A stretch of DNA of 64,000 nucleotides from Chloroflexota bacterium (GCA_005880605.1 VBIS01000160.1:10180-74179); one strand, 5' to 3'; shown: positions 1 to 11,904, counted from the first letter of the stretch. Translations and numbers: made by a program. The notes: a model not told the origin generated them from the sequence alone.

Positions 1-761
1 ATGCCTTCGTCGTCGGCGGGCGCACGTTACGGTCGCGATTGATCCACGGCACCGGAAAGTACGCCTCGAACGAGGTTCTGGCTCGCTGCCTCGAGGCCGC
101 GCAACCCGACATGATCACGGTCGCCATTCGTCGCCTGAATCTCGAGGGCGGCCGCTCCGAGCTCGAGGGCATCGACCTGCGCCGCTACACGCTCCTGCCG
201 AATACCGCCGGCGCGACCACAGCCGACGCCGCCGTGCGCCTGGCGCGCATGGCTCGGGCGGCGGGCATGTCCGACTTCATCAAGGTCGAGGTGGTCGGCG
301 ATGAGGATACGCTGCTTCCCGATCCGCAGGGAACGCTGGAGGCCACCCGACAACTGGTCAAGGAAGGCTTCATCGTGATGGCCTACACCAGCGACGACGT
401 AGTGCAGGCAATCCGGCTCTACGAAGCCGGCGCGGCCGCGGTGATGCCGGGCGCGGCGCCCATCGGCACGACCCTGGGGCTGCAGAACCTCTTGAATCTT
501 CAGTTGATCATCAGCAAGGTCAACGTCCCCGTCATCGTCGACGCCGGCCTGGGCGTTCCGTCGGAGGCCGCGCGCTGTCTCGAACTCGGTGCGGCTGCCG
601 TCCTCGTCAACACCGCGATCGCGCGGGCTCAGGATCCGCCGGAGATGGCGCGCGCCTTTGCCGAAGCCGTCGTCGCCGGACGCCGCGCCTTCAACGCCGG
701 CCGGGCGCATATCGGCCTGAAGGCCGTCGCCAGCAGCCCGGTCGAGGGCATCCCCGTTTAG
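1..761 (+). CDS. thiG: Thiazole synthase ThiG, 5' partial. The true start lies upstream of the window.
   Basis: Translation from position 3 reads AFVVGGRTLRSRLIHGTGKY, matching the ThiG N-terminus motif (IGGK.F.SRLLLGTGKY). The rest aligns with the ThiG TIM-barrel (FIKVEVVGD, VMPGAAPIGT). No start codon lies inside the window in this frame. Confidence 0.85.
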   Translation, partial: AFVVGGRTLRSRLIHGTGKYASNEVLARCLEAAQPDMITVAIRRLNLEGGRSELEGIDLRRYTLLPNTAGATTADAAVRLARMARAAGMSDFIKVEVVGDEDTLLPDPQGTLEATRQLVKEGFIVMAYTSDDVVQAIRLYEAGAAAVMPGAAPIGTTLGLQNLLNLQLIISKVNVPVIVDAGLGVPSEAARCLELGAAAVLVNTAIARAQDPPEMARAFAEAVVAGRRAFNAGRAHIGLKAVASSPVEGIPV

Positions 762-816
762 CACGAGGCTCGCGCGCCGGCCGCGGACGCTCGCCGAGCT
801 TGGCGAACGCGGGATC

Positions 817-1764
817 TTGCGCTCGATCAGTCGCTACCTTGATGCGCCGTCGTCGGGGCTGCTGGTCGCGGCGCCCCAGGATGACGCCGCCGTCTGGCGT
901 GGCGATCCGATCGTGGTGGCAACCACCGACACGATGGTGGAGGAGATCGACTTTCGAGTCGAATGGCCTGGCTTTGACTTCAGGACACTTGGCCGGCGGC
1001 TGATGGCGATCAACCTCAGCGACCTGGCGGCGATGGGCGCGCAGCCGCGCCACGCGCTCGTGTCGCTGTCACTGCGCGGCACGCTACCTGCCGTCGACGT
1101 GACTCGCCTCTACCGCGGCATCGCCGAGCAAGCCCACCGGTACGGCTGCACGGTTGTGGGCGGCGACCTCAGCGGCACACTCGGACCATTGACGCTGACG
1201 GCGACGCTGGTTGGCCGTCTCGGCTCAGCTCGAGCGATGCTCCGCCGGGTCGGCGCCCGGCCGGGCTGGGTGATCGCGGTCACCGGTCGTTTGGGGGCAG
1301 CGACCGCGGGACTTCGTTTGCTCGAATCCGGTGCGCGGCCCGCCTCTCGAGAGGAGCGGGCGTGGGTCTCCGCGCAGCTCGACCCGACGCCGCGGATCGC
1401 TGCCGGGCGCGCGCTCGTCGATTCGGGGATTCGGGTTGGCGGTGACATCAGCGACGGCCTGTCGCGAGAGGTCGAGCGATTCGTTGAGAACGCGGGCCTG
1501 GGCGCAACCATCGACGTCCAACGCCTTCCACTGGCGAGCGGTTTGCACAAAAAGCAATGGCCGCTCGCCGTGACCGACTCGGAGGATTTCGAACTGATTT
1601 GCGCCGCGCCGCGCGCGCGCATGCGGATCGCCCAGCGCGCCCTGGCGCGCATCAACCTTCCACTGACGGTGGTGGGGGAGATCGACCGGCGTTCCGGGAT
1701 TCGCTATCGCAACGGCACCCGGTTGGAACGCGTGAAGACGGCTGGCTATGAGCACTTCCGTTAA
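817..1764 (+). CDS. thiL: Thiamine-monophosphate kinase ThiL (AIR-synthase-related fold).
   Basis: DDAAV and ATTDTMVEE(I/V)DF motifs are present, and the gene follows thiG. The start is uncertain: the TTG at 817 is the first canonical start. Homology (GERGILRSISRYL versus GEFSLIARYF) suggests the protein begins about 5 codons earlier, where there is no ATG/GTG/TTG. Confidence 0.75.
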   Translation: MRSISRYLDAPSSGLLVAAPQDDAAVWRGDPIVVATTDTMVEEIDFRVEWPGFDFRTLGRRLMAINLSDLAAMGAQPRHALVSLSLRGTLPAVDVTRLYRGIAEQAHRYGCTVVGGDLSGTLGPLTLTATLVGRLGSARAMLRRVGARPGWVIAVTGRLGAATAGLRLLESGARPASREERAWVSAQLDPTPRIAAGRALVDSGIRVGGDISDGLSREVERFVENAGLGATIDVQRLPLASGLHKKQWPLAVTDSEDFELICAAPRARMRIAQRALARINLPLTVVGEIDRRSGIRYRNGTRLERVKTAGYEHFR

Positions 1765-2203
1765 GACCGAATCGGTGGAGGAGACCCAGGCCCTTGGCCG
1801 CCGGCTTGGCGCCGCGCTCGAGGTGGGCGACGTGATCGGGCTCGAAGGCGACCTTGGGACCGGCAAGACAGAGCTGGTGAAAGGCATTGCGGAGGCGCTG
1901 GGCGTGACGGCCGGCGTGCACAGTCCAACCTTTGTGCTGCATCACCAATACAAGGGGCGGATGCCAGTCGAGCACTACGATCTGTATCGACTGGAGGGGC
2001 TCGCCTGGGTCGATACCGGGCTCGATGAACCAGCGCCCGATGCGGTCACCCTGATCGAGTGGCCGGAGCGTGCCGGTGTGTTGGAACGCTGGGCAACCAT
2101 CCTCATCCGTCTGACCGGTGGTCGTGACAACCGTCGGCGGCTGACGCTGCTGCGCGGACCCGATCGCGTTCGCGCGGTGTTTGAAGATGCGCCTGGCGAT
2201 TGA
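1748..2203 (+). CDS. tsaE: tRNA t6A37 biosynthesis ATPase TsaE (YjeE).
   Basis: P-loop GDLGTGKT in a ~150 aa protein. The gene overlaps the thiL 3' end and is followed by tsaB-rimI-tsaD. Confidence 0.8.
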   Translation: MSTSVKTESVEETQALGRRLGAALEVGDVIGLEGDLGTGKTELVKGIAEALGVTAGVHSPTFVLHHQYKGRMPVEHYDLYRLEGLAWVDTGLDEPAPDAVTLIEWPERAGVLERWATILIRLTGGRDNRRRLTLLRGPDRVRAVFEDAPGD

Positions 2204-2831
2204 CACCTCCGGCGTCGACCAGGCGATGGTCGTGTTGGACGCGCGCCGGGTGCTGGCGGCCGAGGATTGGGTCCGGCGCCGCGACGACCAGCCGGTGCTG
2301 GCGCGCCTCGAGGCATTGGTCAAGCGAGCCGGCGGGGGGCCGGACGACCTGGAGGCGGTGGCCGCGGCGCGGGGCCCCGGCTCGTTCACCGGCCTGCGGG
2401 TCGGCCTCTCATTAGCGGCGGGCCTGGCCTATGCCCGGCATGTTCCGCTCCACCTCATCGACAGCCTGCCCATCCTGGCCCGCCGGGCGAATGGCGACCC
2501 GGCGATGGTCGCCCTGCGGGACGCCGGCCGTGCCGAGGTGTTCACCTGGCGTGAGGGCGAGCCCGTGCGGCGGATGCCGGTCGCTGAGCTCGCTGGCTGG
2601 CTCCCGAACTCGGCGCGGGTGATCGCCGAGCCAGCCGGGATGCTGGCGACCTGGTCACCGAGCCAGGCTCATCTCGAGATCCCGGAGGCCGACCGGCGGC
2701 GCCAGAGCGCCGCGCTTGCAGATTCCGCCATCTGGACCTTCGAGTCGCAAAAACCACTGCGATATGATGAAGTCCAGGCGCTCTACGTCCAGCCCGCGGC
2801 CGCGGAGGAGCGCGCCAGGAAGGCCCCATGA
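2187..2831 (+). CDS. tsaB: tRNA t6A37 biosynthesis protein TsaB (YeaZ).
   Basis: N-terminus MRLAIDTS and the GPGSFTGLRVG motif are present. An ATG at 2187 is preferred over the TTG at 2181. Confidence 0.75.
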   Translation: MRLAIDTSGVDQAMVVLDARRVLAAEDWVRRRDDQPVLARLEALVKRAGGGPDDLEAVAAARGPGSFTGLRVGLSLAAGLAYARHVPLHLIDSLPILARRANGDPAMVALRDAGRAEVFTWREGEPVRRMPVAELAGWLPNSARVIAEPAGMLATWSPSQAHLEIPEADRRRQSAALADSAIWTFESQKPLRYDEVQALYVQPAAAEERARKAP

Positions 2832-3370
2832 TGCAGCTGAAGTCCCGAGTCCTTGTCGATGCCATGCGCGAGGATGACATCCCGCAAGTGCAGGCGATCG
2901 AGCGCGAGATTTTTCCGACGCCCTGGCCGCGGAATGCCTACTACCGGGAGCTGCACCACAACCGGTCGGCGTACTACATGGTGCTGCGGCGCGACGAGGA
3001 CATCGTCGGCTACGCCGGGCTCTGGAAGATGAGCGACGAAGCGCACATCACGACGGTCGGGGTGCGCGCCAACCAACAGGGCAAGGGCTACGGCCATGCC
3101 TTGATGGCCGCGCTGATCCAGCGCGCCTATCAACTCGGCTCGCGCTGGCTGACGCTCGAGGTGCGGCCCTCCAACGAGGTCGCGGTTCGCCTTTACGAAA
3201 AGTTCGGCTTCAAGGTGATCGGCCGGCGGCGCGGCTATTACACCGACAACAATGAAGACGCGATCGTCATGTGGTCGGATTCGATCCAGTCGGCGACCTT
3301 CAAGAAGCGCTTCAAGGACATCATGCAGACGCTCGAGATCGAAGGGCTCGACAGCAGCACGCCGGAGTAG
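2828..3370 (+). CDS. rimI: Ribosomal-protein-alanine N-acetyltransferase RimI (GNAT).
   Basis: GNAT acetyl-CoA motif (VRANQQGKGYGHALM). The gene sits in the conserved tsaB-rimI-tsaD order. Confidence 0.7.
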   Translation: MMQLKSRVLVDAMREDDIPQVQAIEREIFPTPWPRNAYYRELHHNRSAYYMVLRRDEDIVGYAGLWKMSDEAHITTVGVRANQQGKGYGHALMAALIQRAYQLGSRWLTLEVRPSNEVAVRLYEKFGFKVIGRRRGYYTDNNEDAIVMWSDSIQSATFKKRFKDIMQTLEIEGLDSSTPE

Positions 3371-4431
3371 TCACCGACACCCGGCGCGTCCTGGCGATCG
3401 AGACATCCTGTGATGAAACCGCGGCGGCGGTGGTTGGCGATGGCCCACGCCTGCTCTCGAACGTCATCCGCTCGCAGGACGCGCTGCACGCCCCCTACGG
3501 CGGGGTCGTCCCGGAGCTGGCGGCCCGGGCCCACCTGCAGACGCTGGTCCCGGTCATCGAGCGTGCTCTCGAGGAAGCCGGAACTCGCTGGGAGCAGATC
3601 GATGCCGTGGGCGTCACGCGCGGGCCCGGGCTGATCGGCTGCCTGCTGGTCGGCGTCAACCTGGGGCAGGCGATCGCCTGGGCGCGCGGCCTCCCGGTCA
3701 TTGGCGTCAGCCACCTGGCGGCCCACGTCTATGCTGCGCTGCTCGAGGACGAGCAGCTCCGCCCGCCGGTGCTCGGGCTGGTCGTCTCCGGTGGCCACAG
3801 CGACCTCATCCGATGGCAGGCGAACGGCGAGATCGCCGTGATCGGCCGGACGCGCGACGACGCCGCGGGAGAAGCGTTCGACAAGGGCGCGCGCATTCTG
3901 GGCCTGCCCTTTCCCGGTGGCCCCGCGATCGACAAACTGGCGGCGAGCGGCGACCCGAAGGCCGTCGCATTCCCGCGCCCCCGGGCACCAGGACTGGACT
4001 TCAGCTTCAGCGGCGTCAAGACCGCCCTGCTGTACGAGGTGCGCAAACGCAAGACGATCAGTGAGCAGGAGCGGGCCGACCTGGCGGCCAGCTACCAGGA
4101 AGCGATTGTCGACGCCCTCCTGCAGCGGGTGGAGGCCGCCATATTCCCCTCCCCCTCGGGGCAGTTCCCTCCCCCGCTTGCGGGGGAGGGTAGGGTGGGG
4201 GCCGTGGGCTCTTGGCAGACCATCGTGATCGGCGGCGGCGTCGCGCGCAACCGCCGGCTCCGCGAGGTGGCCCAGGCGCGGCTTGGGCATCTCGCCCGCC
4301 TGATCATCCCGGCACCCGAGCTATGCACCGACAACGCGGCCATGATCGGCGTCGCCGCGCTCATCGAGTGGGACCGGCGAGGCCCGGACCCGGCGCCGTT
4401 CGACGCGGACCCGAGCCTTGGCTTCGGTTAG
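3271..4431 (+). CDS. tsaD: tRNA N6-adenosine threonylcarbamoyltransferase TsaD (Kae1/Gcp), carrying an in-frame ~20-aa insertion that derives from a G-rich repeat element.
   Basis: LAIETSCDET, HLAAH, GGVARN and CTDNAAMIG motifs are present. The homology-predicted N-terminus (RRVLAIETS, near 3382) has no canonical start codon. The only in-frame ATG is at 3271, which overlaps rimI by 100 nt. Confidence 0.85.
   Translation: MVGFDPVGDLQEALQGHHADARDRRARQQHAGVVTDTRRVLAIETSCDETAAAVVGDGPRLLSNVIRSQDALHAPYGGVVPELAARAHLQTLVPVIERALEEAGTRWEQIDAVGVTRGPGLIGCLLVGVNLGQAIAWARGLPVIGVSHLAAHVYAALLEDEQLRPPVLGLVVSGGHSDLIRWQANGEIAVIGRTRDDAAGEAFDKGARILGLPFPGGPAIDKLAASGDPKAVAFPRPRAPGLDFSFSGVKTALLYEVRKRKTISEQERADLAASYQEAIVDALLQRVEAAIFPSPSGQFPPPLAGEGRVGAVGSWQTIVIGGGVARNRRLREVAQARLGHLARLIIPAPELCTDNAAMIGVAALIEWDRRGPDPAPFDADPSLGFG
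4147..4201 (+). repeat. Copy A of a G-run/C-run hairpin repeat: CCCTCCCC...CCCTCCCCCGCTTGCGGGGGAGGGTAGGGTGGGGG.
   Basis: Inverted repeat CCCTCCCCCGC/GCGGGGGAGGG plus four G-runs (G5 A G3 TA G3 T G5) match a canonical G-quadruplex motif. Related copies are at 4891-4925 and 11905-11950. This copy lies inside the tsaD reading frame. Confidence 0.6.
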
Positions 4432-4449
4432 CTCAGCCCTCGCGGCGGC

Positions 4450-4478
4450 TTGAAAGCTACCCCTCTATCAGCTATCAT
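4450..4478 (+). promoter_or_regulatory. Putative sigma-A promoter of groES: TTGAAA, 17-nt spacer, TATCAT.
   Basis: The -35/-10-like hexamers with 17-nt spacing sit immediately upstream of the CIRCE element and the groES ribosome-binding site (AAGGAGG). Confidence 0.5.
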
Positions 4479-4504
4479 TAGCACTCGGGCCAATTGAGTG
4501 CTAA
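4478..4504 (+). promoter_or_regulatory. CIRCE element (HrcA operator): TTAGCACTC-N9-GAGTGCTAA.
   Basis: A perfect match to the CIRCE consensus inverted repeat with a 9-nt spacer, about 30 nt upstream of the groES start. Confidence 0.9.
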
Positions 4505-4534
4505 ATCGTATTGTCACTACCTAAGGAGGGTTCC

Positions 4535-4837
4535 ATGAAGCTACGTCCACTGGGCGACCGCGTTGTGATCAAGCCCGTCGAGCGTGAGGAGAAGACCAAG
4601 AGCGGCATCGTGCTGCCGGACACCGCCAAGGAAAAGCCGCAGGAAGGCATGATCGAGGCCGTCGGCAACGGTCGGTTCATCGAGACCACCGGCAAGCGGG
4701 AGCCGCTCGACGTCAAGGTCGGCGACCGTGTCGTCTATGCGAAGTACGCCGGGAGCGAGATCAAGATCGAGGAAGTCGAGTACCTGATCCTGTCCGAGAA
4801 GGACATCCTGGCCGTCGTCGCGAACGGCAAGAGCTAA
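4535..4837 (+). CDS. groES: Co-chaperonin GroES (10 kDa).
   Basis: [14 protein letters not shown]...[21 protein letters not shown] matches GroES. An AAGGAGG ribosome-binding site lies 6 nt upstream of the ATG. No groEL follows. Confidence 0.9.
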   Translation: MKLRPLGDRVVIKPVEREEKTKSGIVLPDTAKEKPQEGMIEAVGNGRFIETTGKREPLDVKVGDRVVYAKYAGSEIKIEEVEYLILSEKDILAVVANGKS

Positions 4838-4855
4838 CCACCGCACATCGACCGC

Positions 4856-4882
4856 GAGCCAGCCTGCGGGCTGGCTTTTTTT
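4856..4882 (+). terminator. Rho-independent terminator of groES.
   Basis: A perfect 8-bp stem AGCCAGCC/GGCTGGCT with loop TGCG is followed by T7. Confidence 0.8.
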
Positions 4883-5426
4883 ATTCCGCCTCGCCGCCTG
4901 CGGGGGAGGGTCGGGTCGGGGCGTTGCCTTTCGCGCGCGGGATCATCGGCAGCGCCAGCATCGCCTCGTTCATCTCGGCGTACTGTTCCTGGCTGCGCCA
5001 GTCGTAGTGCGGATTGCGCCAGCGGACATACCCGCGGTAATCGATCAAGAACAGCGACCGGTGCGCCACGCCACGCTCTTCATTCAGGACGCCATATTTG
5101 CGCGAAACCGACTTGTCCCAGTCGGCCAGGATCGGGAACGGAAGATCGCCCAGGCTCTTCGCATACGCCTTGTGCGCCCAGATGTGGTCGACGCTGATAC
5201 CCAGCACCTGCGTCTCGGCTTTGACGAACTGCTCGTGATCACCCCGCAAGGAGGTGAGCTCATTGGTTCAACCGGGGCTGAAGTCGAAGACGTAGAACGC
5301 GAGCAGCACGTGTTTGCTGCCGCGGAATGATGCGAGGCTGACCTGGTCGCCGTCAGGCGTCCCTGGCAGGTTGAAGTCCGGCGCCTGGTCACCCACGCCA
5401 GGCATCGACGGCAGGGTGCTGGACAT
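4881..5426 (-). CDS. BCP/PrxQ-type peroxiredoxin with an in-frame TGA at the peroxidatic-cysteine position. Candidate selenocysteine-containing peroxiredoxin (181 aa, U53).
   Basis: The minus strand encodes [83 protein letters not shown]...[17 protein letters not shown]. The TGA (plus coordinates 5268-5270) replaces the Cys of the universal FYP.DF(T/S)PG-C-T motif. The flanking sequence is in frame and homologous to Bcp on both sides of the TGA. Confidence 0.6.
4891..4925 (+). repeat. Copy B of the G-rich hairpin/G4 repeat: CCGCCTGCGGGGGAGGGTCGGGTCGGGG.
   Basis: Shares the GCGGGGGAGGGT(A/C)GGGT(C/G)GGGG core with copies A and C. On the minus strand it encodes the C-terminal tail ([12 protein letters not shown]) of the peroxiredoxin. 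Confidence 0.55.
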
Positions 5427-5443
5427 CGACCTATTGTAAGGCC

Positions 5444-6082
5444 GTGATTTTCCGCGACCGGCTCGACGCGGGCGAACGCCTGGCGGCAGCGCTCCAGCAG
5501 TACCGCGACGCGCCGGCGACCCTAGTGCTCGGCATCCCGCGCGGCGGCGTCGTCGTGGCGCGGGCGATTGCGGCTGCGCTGCATCTGCCGCTTGGCATCT
5601 GCCCGGTGCGCAAGCTCGGCGCCCCTGACAACCCGGAGCTGGCGATCGGCGCGGTCGACGACCAGGGCGTCACGGTCTTGGATCACAAGCTGAGCCGGCA
5701 CCTGGGCCTGACGGACGACGAACTGCTCGACGCCGCAGCGCGCCAGCGCGACGAACTGCGCGCCTGGTTGGCCGCGCTGGGGGCGAATGCCATCCCGCCG
5801 TTGCAGGGGCGGACGGCCATCCTTACCGACGACGGCGTCGCGACCGGCTACACCGCGCAGGCTGGCATCGAGTCGCTCCGCCGGCGGGGGGCGCAGCGGG
5901 TGGTGCTGGCGGTCCCGGTCGCACCACCCGATACGGCGGCCGTGCTGGCCGGACAGGTCGATGAGTTCGTCTGCCTCGTCACGCCGGAGCCGTTCTACGC
6001 GGTCGGCAACTTCTTCGAAGAGTGGCCACAGGTCACCGACGACGAGGTGCGAGCGCTGTTGCTGGCCGGTAACACGTTGTAG
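5444..6082 (+). CDS. Phosphoribosyltransferase-family protein (type I PRTase fold), function unknown.
   Basis: N-terminus [14 protein letters not shown] and a PRPP-binding-like [12 protein letters not shown] motif. The GTG start lies only 17 nt from the divergent peroxiredoxin ATG. Confidence 0.6.
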   Translation: MIFRDRLDAGERLAAALQQYRDAPATLVLGIPRGGVVVARAIAAALHLPLGICPVRKLGAPDNPELAIGAVDDQGVTVLDHKLSRHLGLTDDELLDAAARQRDELRAWLAALGANAIPPLQGRTAILTDDGVATGYTAQAGIESLRRRGAQRVVLAVPVAPPDTAAVLAGQVDEFVCLVTPEPFYAVGNFFEEWPQVTDDEVRALLLAGNTL

Positions 6083-6132
6083 CGGAGGTTTTACACGGGC
6101 AAGGTCAGCCTCCCATCGCCGGTTACAGCGGT

Positions 6133-7608
6133 GTGAAGCTCTTCGCCAAGGGCAAGGTGGAGAAGGGCGGCCAGCAGCCAGCGGCGCCCGCGTTCAGCCC
6201 CATCAATCGATTCGGCCTGCTTGGCCTCCTCGACCAGGTGGTCAATGGTTCCCAGACGGGCGTGCTCGAGTTGCACGAGCCGCGAGGGAACTGGGTGTAT
6301 GCCTTCCAGGGCGGTGCCCTGACCCACGCCAGTGGCGGCCGGGTTCGCGGCGCTCGCCAGGCCTTCGATCTGCTCTGGGAATTCCAGAGCGGCGAGTGCA
6401 TGTTCGCCCCTGGACCCAACGCCAACCTGGCGGGCAACCTCTATATCGACAAGCCGCGCCTGCTCGACTTGCTGCGACGCAGCCAGGCCGCGCTGCAGGG
6501 TCCCTCGGCGCCCTACATCCCGCCCGATCAGCAGCGTCCGATCGCCCCGGCCACCTGGCAGCCGCCAACGGCTCCTCCCGCCTGGGGAGCGGCCGGCTAC
6601 CCGCCGCAGCCCGGTTATCCCCAGCCGCAGCAGCCGGGATATCCGCCGCAACCGCCGCCGCAGGGTTACCCCCAGGCGCCGCAACCGGGCTACGCCCCAC
6701 AGCAGCCCCAGGCGTACCCGCAGCCCCAGCCGCCACAGGGGTACCCCCAACCGCAGCAAGCGGGTTATCCCCCGCAGCAGCCGCCCCCGGGCTATCCGCC
6801 AGCCTCGTATCCGGGTGCCCTGCCGCAGGGTCAGCCCTACCCACAACCGCCTTATCCGCAGGCGCCCGGCGCGATGAGACCGCCGGCCGGGCAGCCCCAG
6901 CCCGCTTACCCGGCGTACCCGCAGCCGCAGGCGATGCCACCGCAGGCGATGCCACCGCAGCAGCCAATGGCGGCGCAGCCTCCGGTTGCGCCACCCGCTC
7001 CGGCCCGGCAGGTGACGCCCCCCAGCTTTTCGGTCCCACCGATGGCGATTCCCCGGAAGCGCGAGGCAGCACCGCTGCCGGCCTACCAGCCACCGGCCGC
7101 CCCGGCGCCCGCCCCGGAGCCGGCCAAGCTTGCCGCGCCGAAGGACGACCTTGCCGCGCTGCGCGCCAGCCTGGTCGGGCAGGCGCCGCCGGTCGCGCAG
7201 GCTGCGAGCGCGCCGGCGTGGGGGCTCCGCGGCGGCGAACCTGTGGCCCCAGCGGTCGTTCCCGGACGAAAGGGCAAGGACAAGGTCAAGCACAAGGACA
7301 AGGTCAAGGGCGCCAAGGCCCCCGTTGTCCAGGGAAAGGCGGCGCCGAAGCCCGACTCCAAGCTCAAGGCCAGCATCAAGATCCGATTGATCAAATTCCT
7401 GCTATGGGCTTGCGAGCGCCGCTACTCGCCGGACGACCACTGGACGTTGAAAGATGCCTTCGAGATTTCGACGATGGAGCTTCGTGATCAGTTCATCGGC
7501 GCCTTCTCGGAGTCATTGAAGTCAACCAAGAAAACTCGCGAGGACAATTTCGACGACACCGACGACATGGCCGCGGGCCGCATGCGCGGCCGTGGCCGCC
7601 GCCACTAA
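6133..7608 (+). CDS. DUF4388-domain protein with a ~130-aa Pro/Gln/Tyr-rich low-complexity linker and a conserved charged C-terminal region.
   Basis: The N-terminus (LLGLLDQVVNGSQTGVLEL...WVYAFQGGALTHA...AFDLLWEFQSGECMF) matches the DUF4388 pattern. It is followed by degenerate GYPQPQ-type repeats and a KDKVKHKDKVK segment. Confidence 0.6.
   Translation: MKLFAKGKVEKGGQQPAAPAFSPINRFGLLGLLDQVVNGSQTGVLELHEPRGNWVYAFQGGALTHASGGRVRGARQAFDLLWEFQSGECMFAPGPNANLAGNLYIDKPRLLDLLRRSQAALQGPSAPYIPPDQQRPIAPATWQPPTAPPAWGAAGYPPQPGYPQPQQPGYPPQPPPQGYPQAPQPGYAPQQPQAYPQPQPPQGYPQPQQAGYPPQQPPPGYPPASYPGALPQGQPYPQPPYPQAPGAMRPPAGQPQPAYPAYPQPQAMPPQAMPPQQPMAAQPPVAPPAPARQVTPPSFSVPPMAIPRKREAAPLPAYQPPAAPAPAPEPAKLAAPKDDLAALRASLVGQAPPVAQAASAPAWGLRGGEPVAPAVVPGRKGKDKVKHKDKVKGAKAPVVQGKAAPKPDSKLKASIKIRLIKFLLWACERRYSPDDHWTLKDAFEISTMELRDQFIGAFSESLKSTKKTREDNFDDTDDMAAGRMRGRGRRH
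6580..6990 (+). repeat. Degenerate tandem coding repeats (GYPPQP / PQPQ units) within the DUF4388 gene.
   Basis: Reiterated ggntayccnccncagccg-type units at the DNA level encode PQ-rich low-complexity protein. Confidence 0.6.
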
Positions 7609-7611
7609 CTA

Positions 7612-7653
7612 AACGCGCCGGCCTGAAGGCCGCTGGCCCGCGCGTTTTGGTTT
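7612..7653 (+). terminator. Rho-independent terminator after the DUF4388 gene.
   Basis: AACGCGCCGGCC...GGCCCGCGCGTT forms an 11/12-bp stem and is followed by TTTTGGTTT. Confidence 0.6.
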
Positions 7654-7665
7654 CTGATCAAACCG

Positions 7666-11879
<4,214 letters not shown>

Positions 11880-11904
11880 ACTGCCCACCACCGAAGGCCA
11901 TTTT

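Noticed and set aside
4881-5270. Alternative reading of the peroxiredoxin as two separate genes or a nonsense pseudogene, with the downstream part starting at the TTG at 5249.
   Set aside because: Not fully rejected, but judged less likely. The TGA falls precisely at the catalytic Cys codon. There is no ribosome-binding site before the TTG. Homology is continuous across the TGA.
6091-7293. Long antisense or alternative-frame ORFs (e.g. 6091-7293, 5787-7487, 8191-9018, 10200-11306, 13560-15164, 18637-19836, 20442-21416, 38263-39657, 43141-44544, 45260-46237, 46289-47710), some over 400 aa.
   Set aside because: They lie entirely opposite to, or out of frame with, strongly homologous genes (DUF4388, pcrA, ligA, dnaE, polA, uvrB, uvrA). 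They have Arg/Pro/Gly-rich compositions typical of spurious ORFs in ~67% GC DNA and no recognisable motifs.
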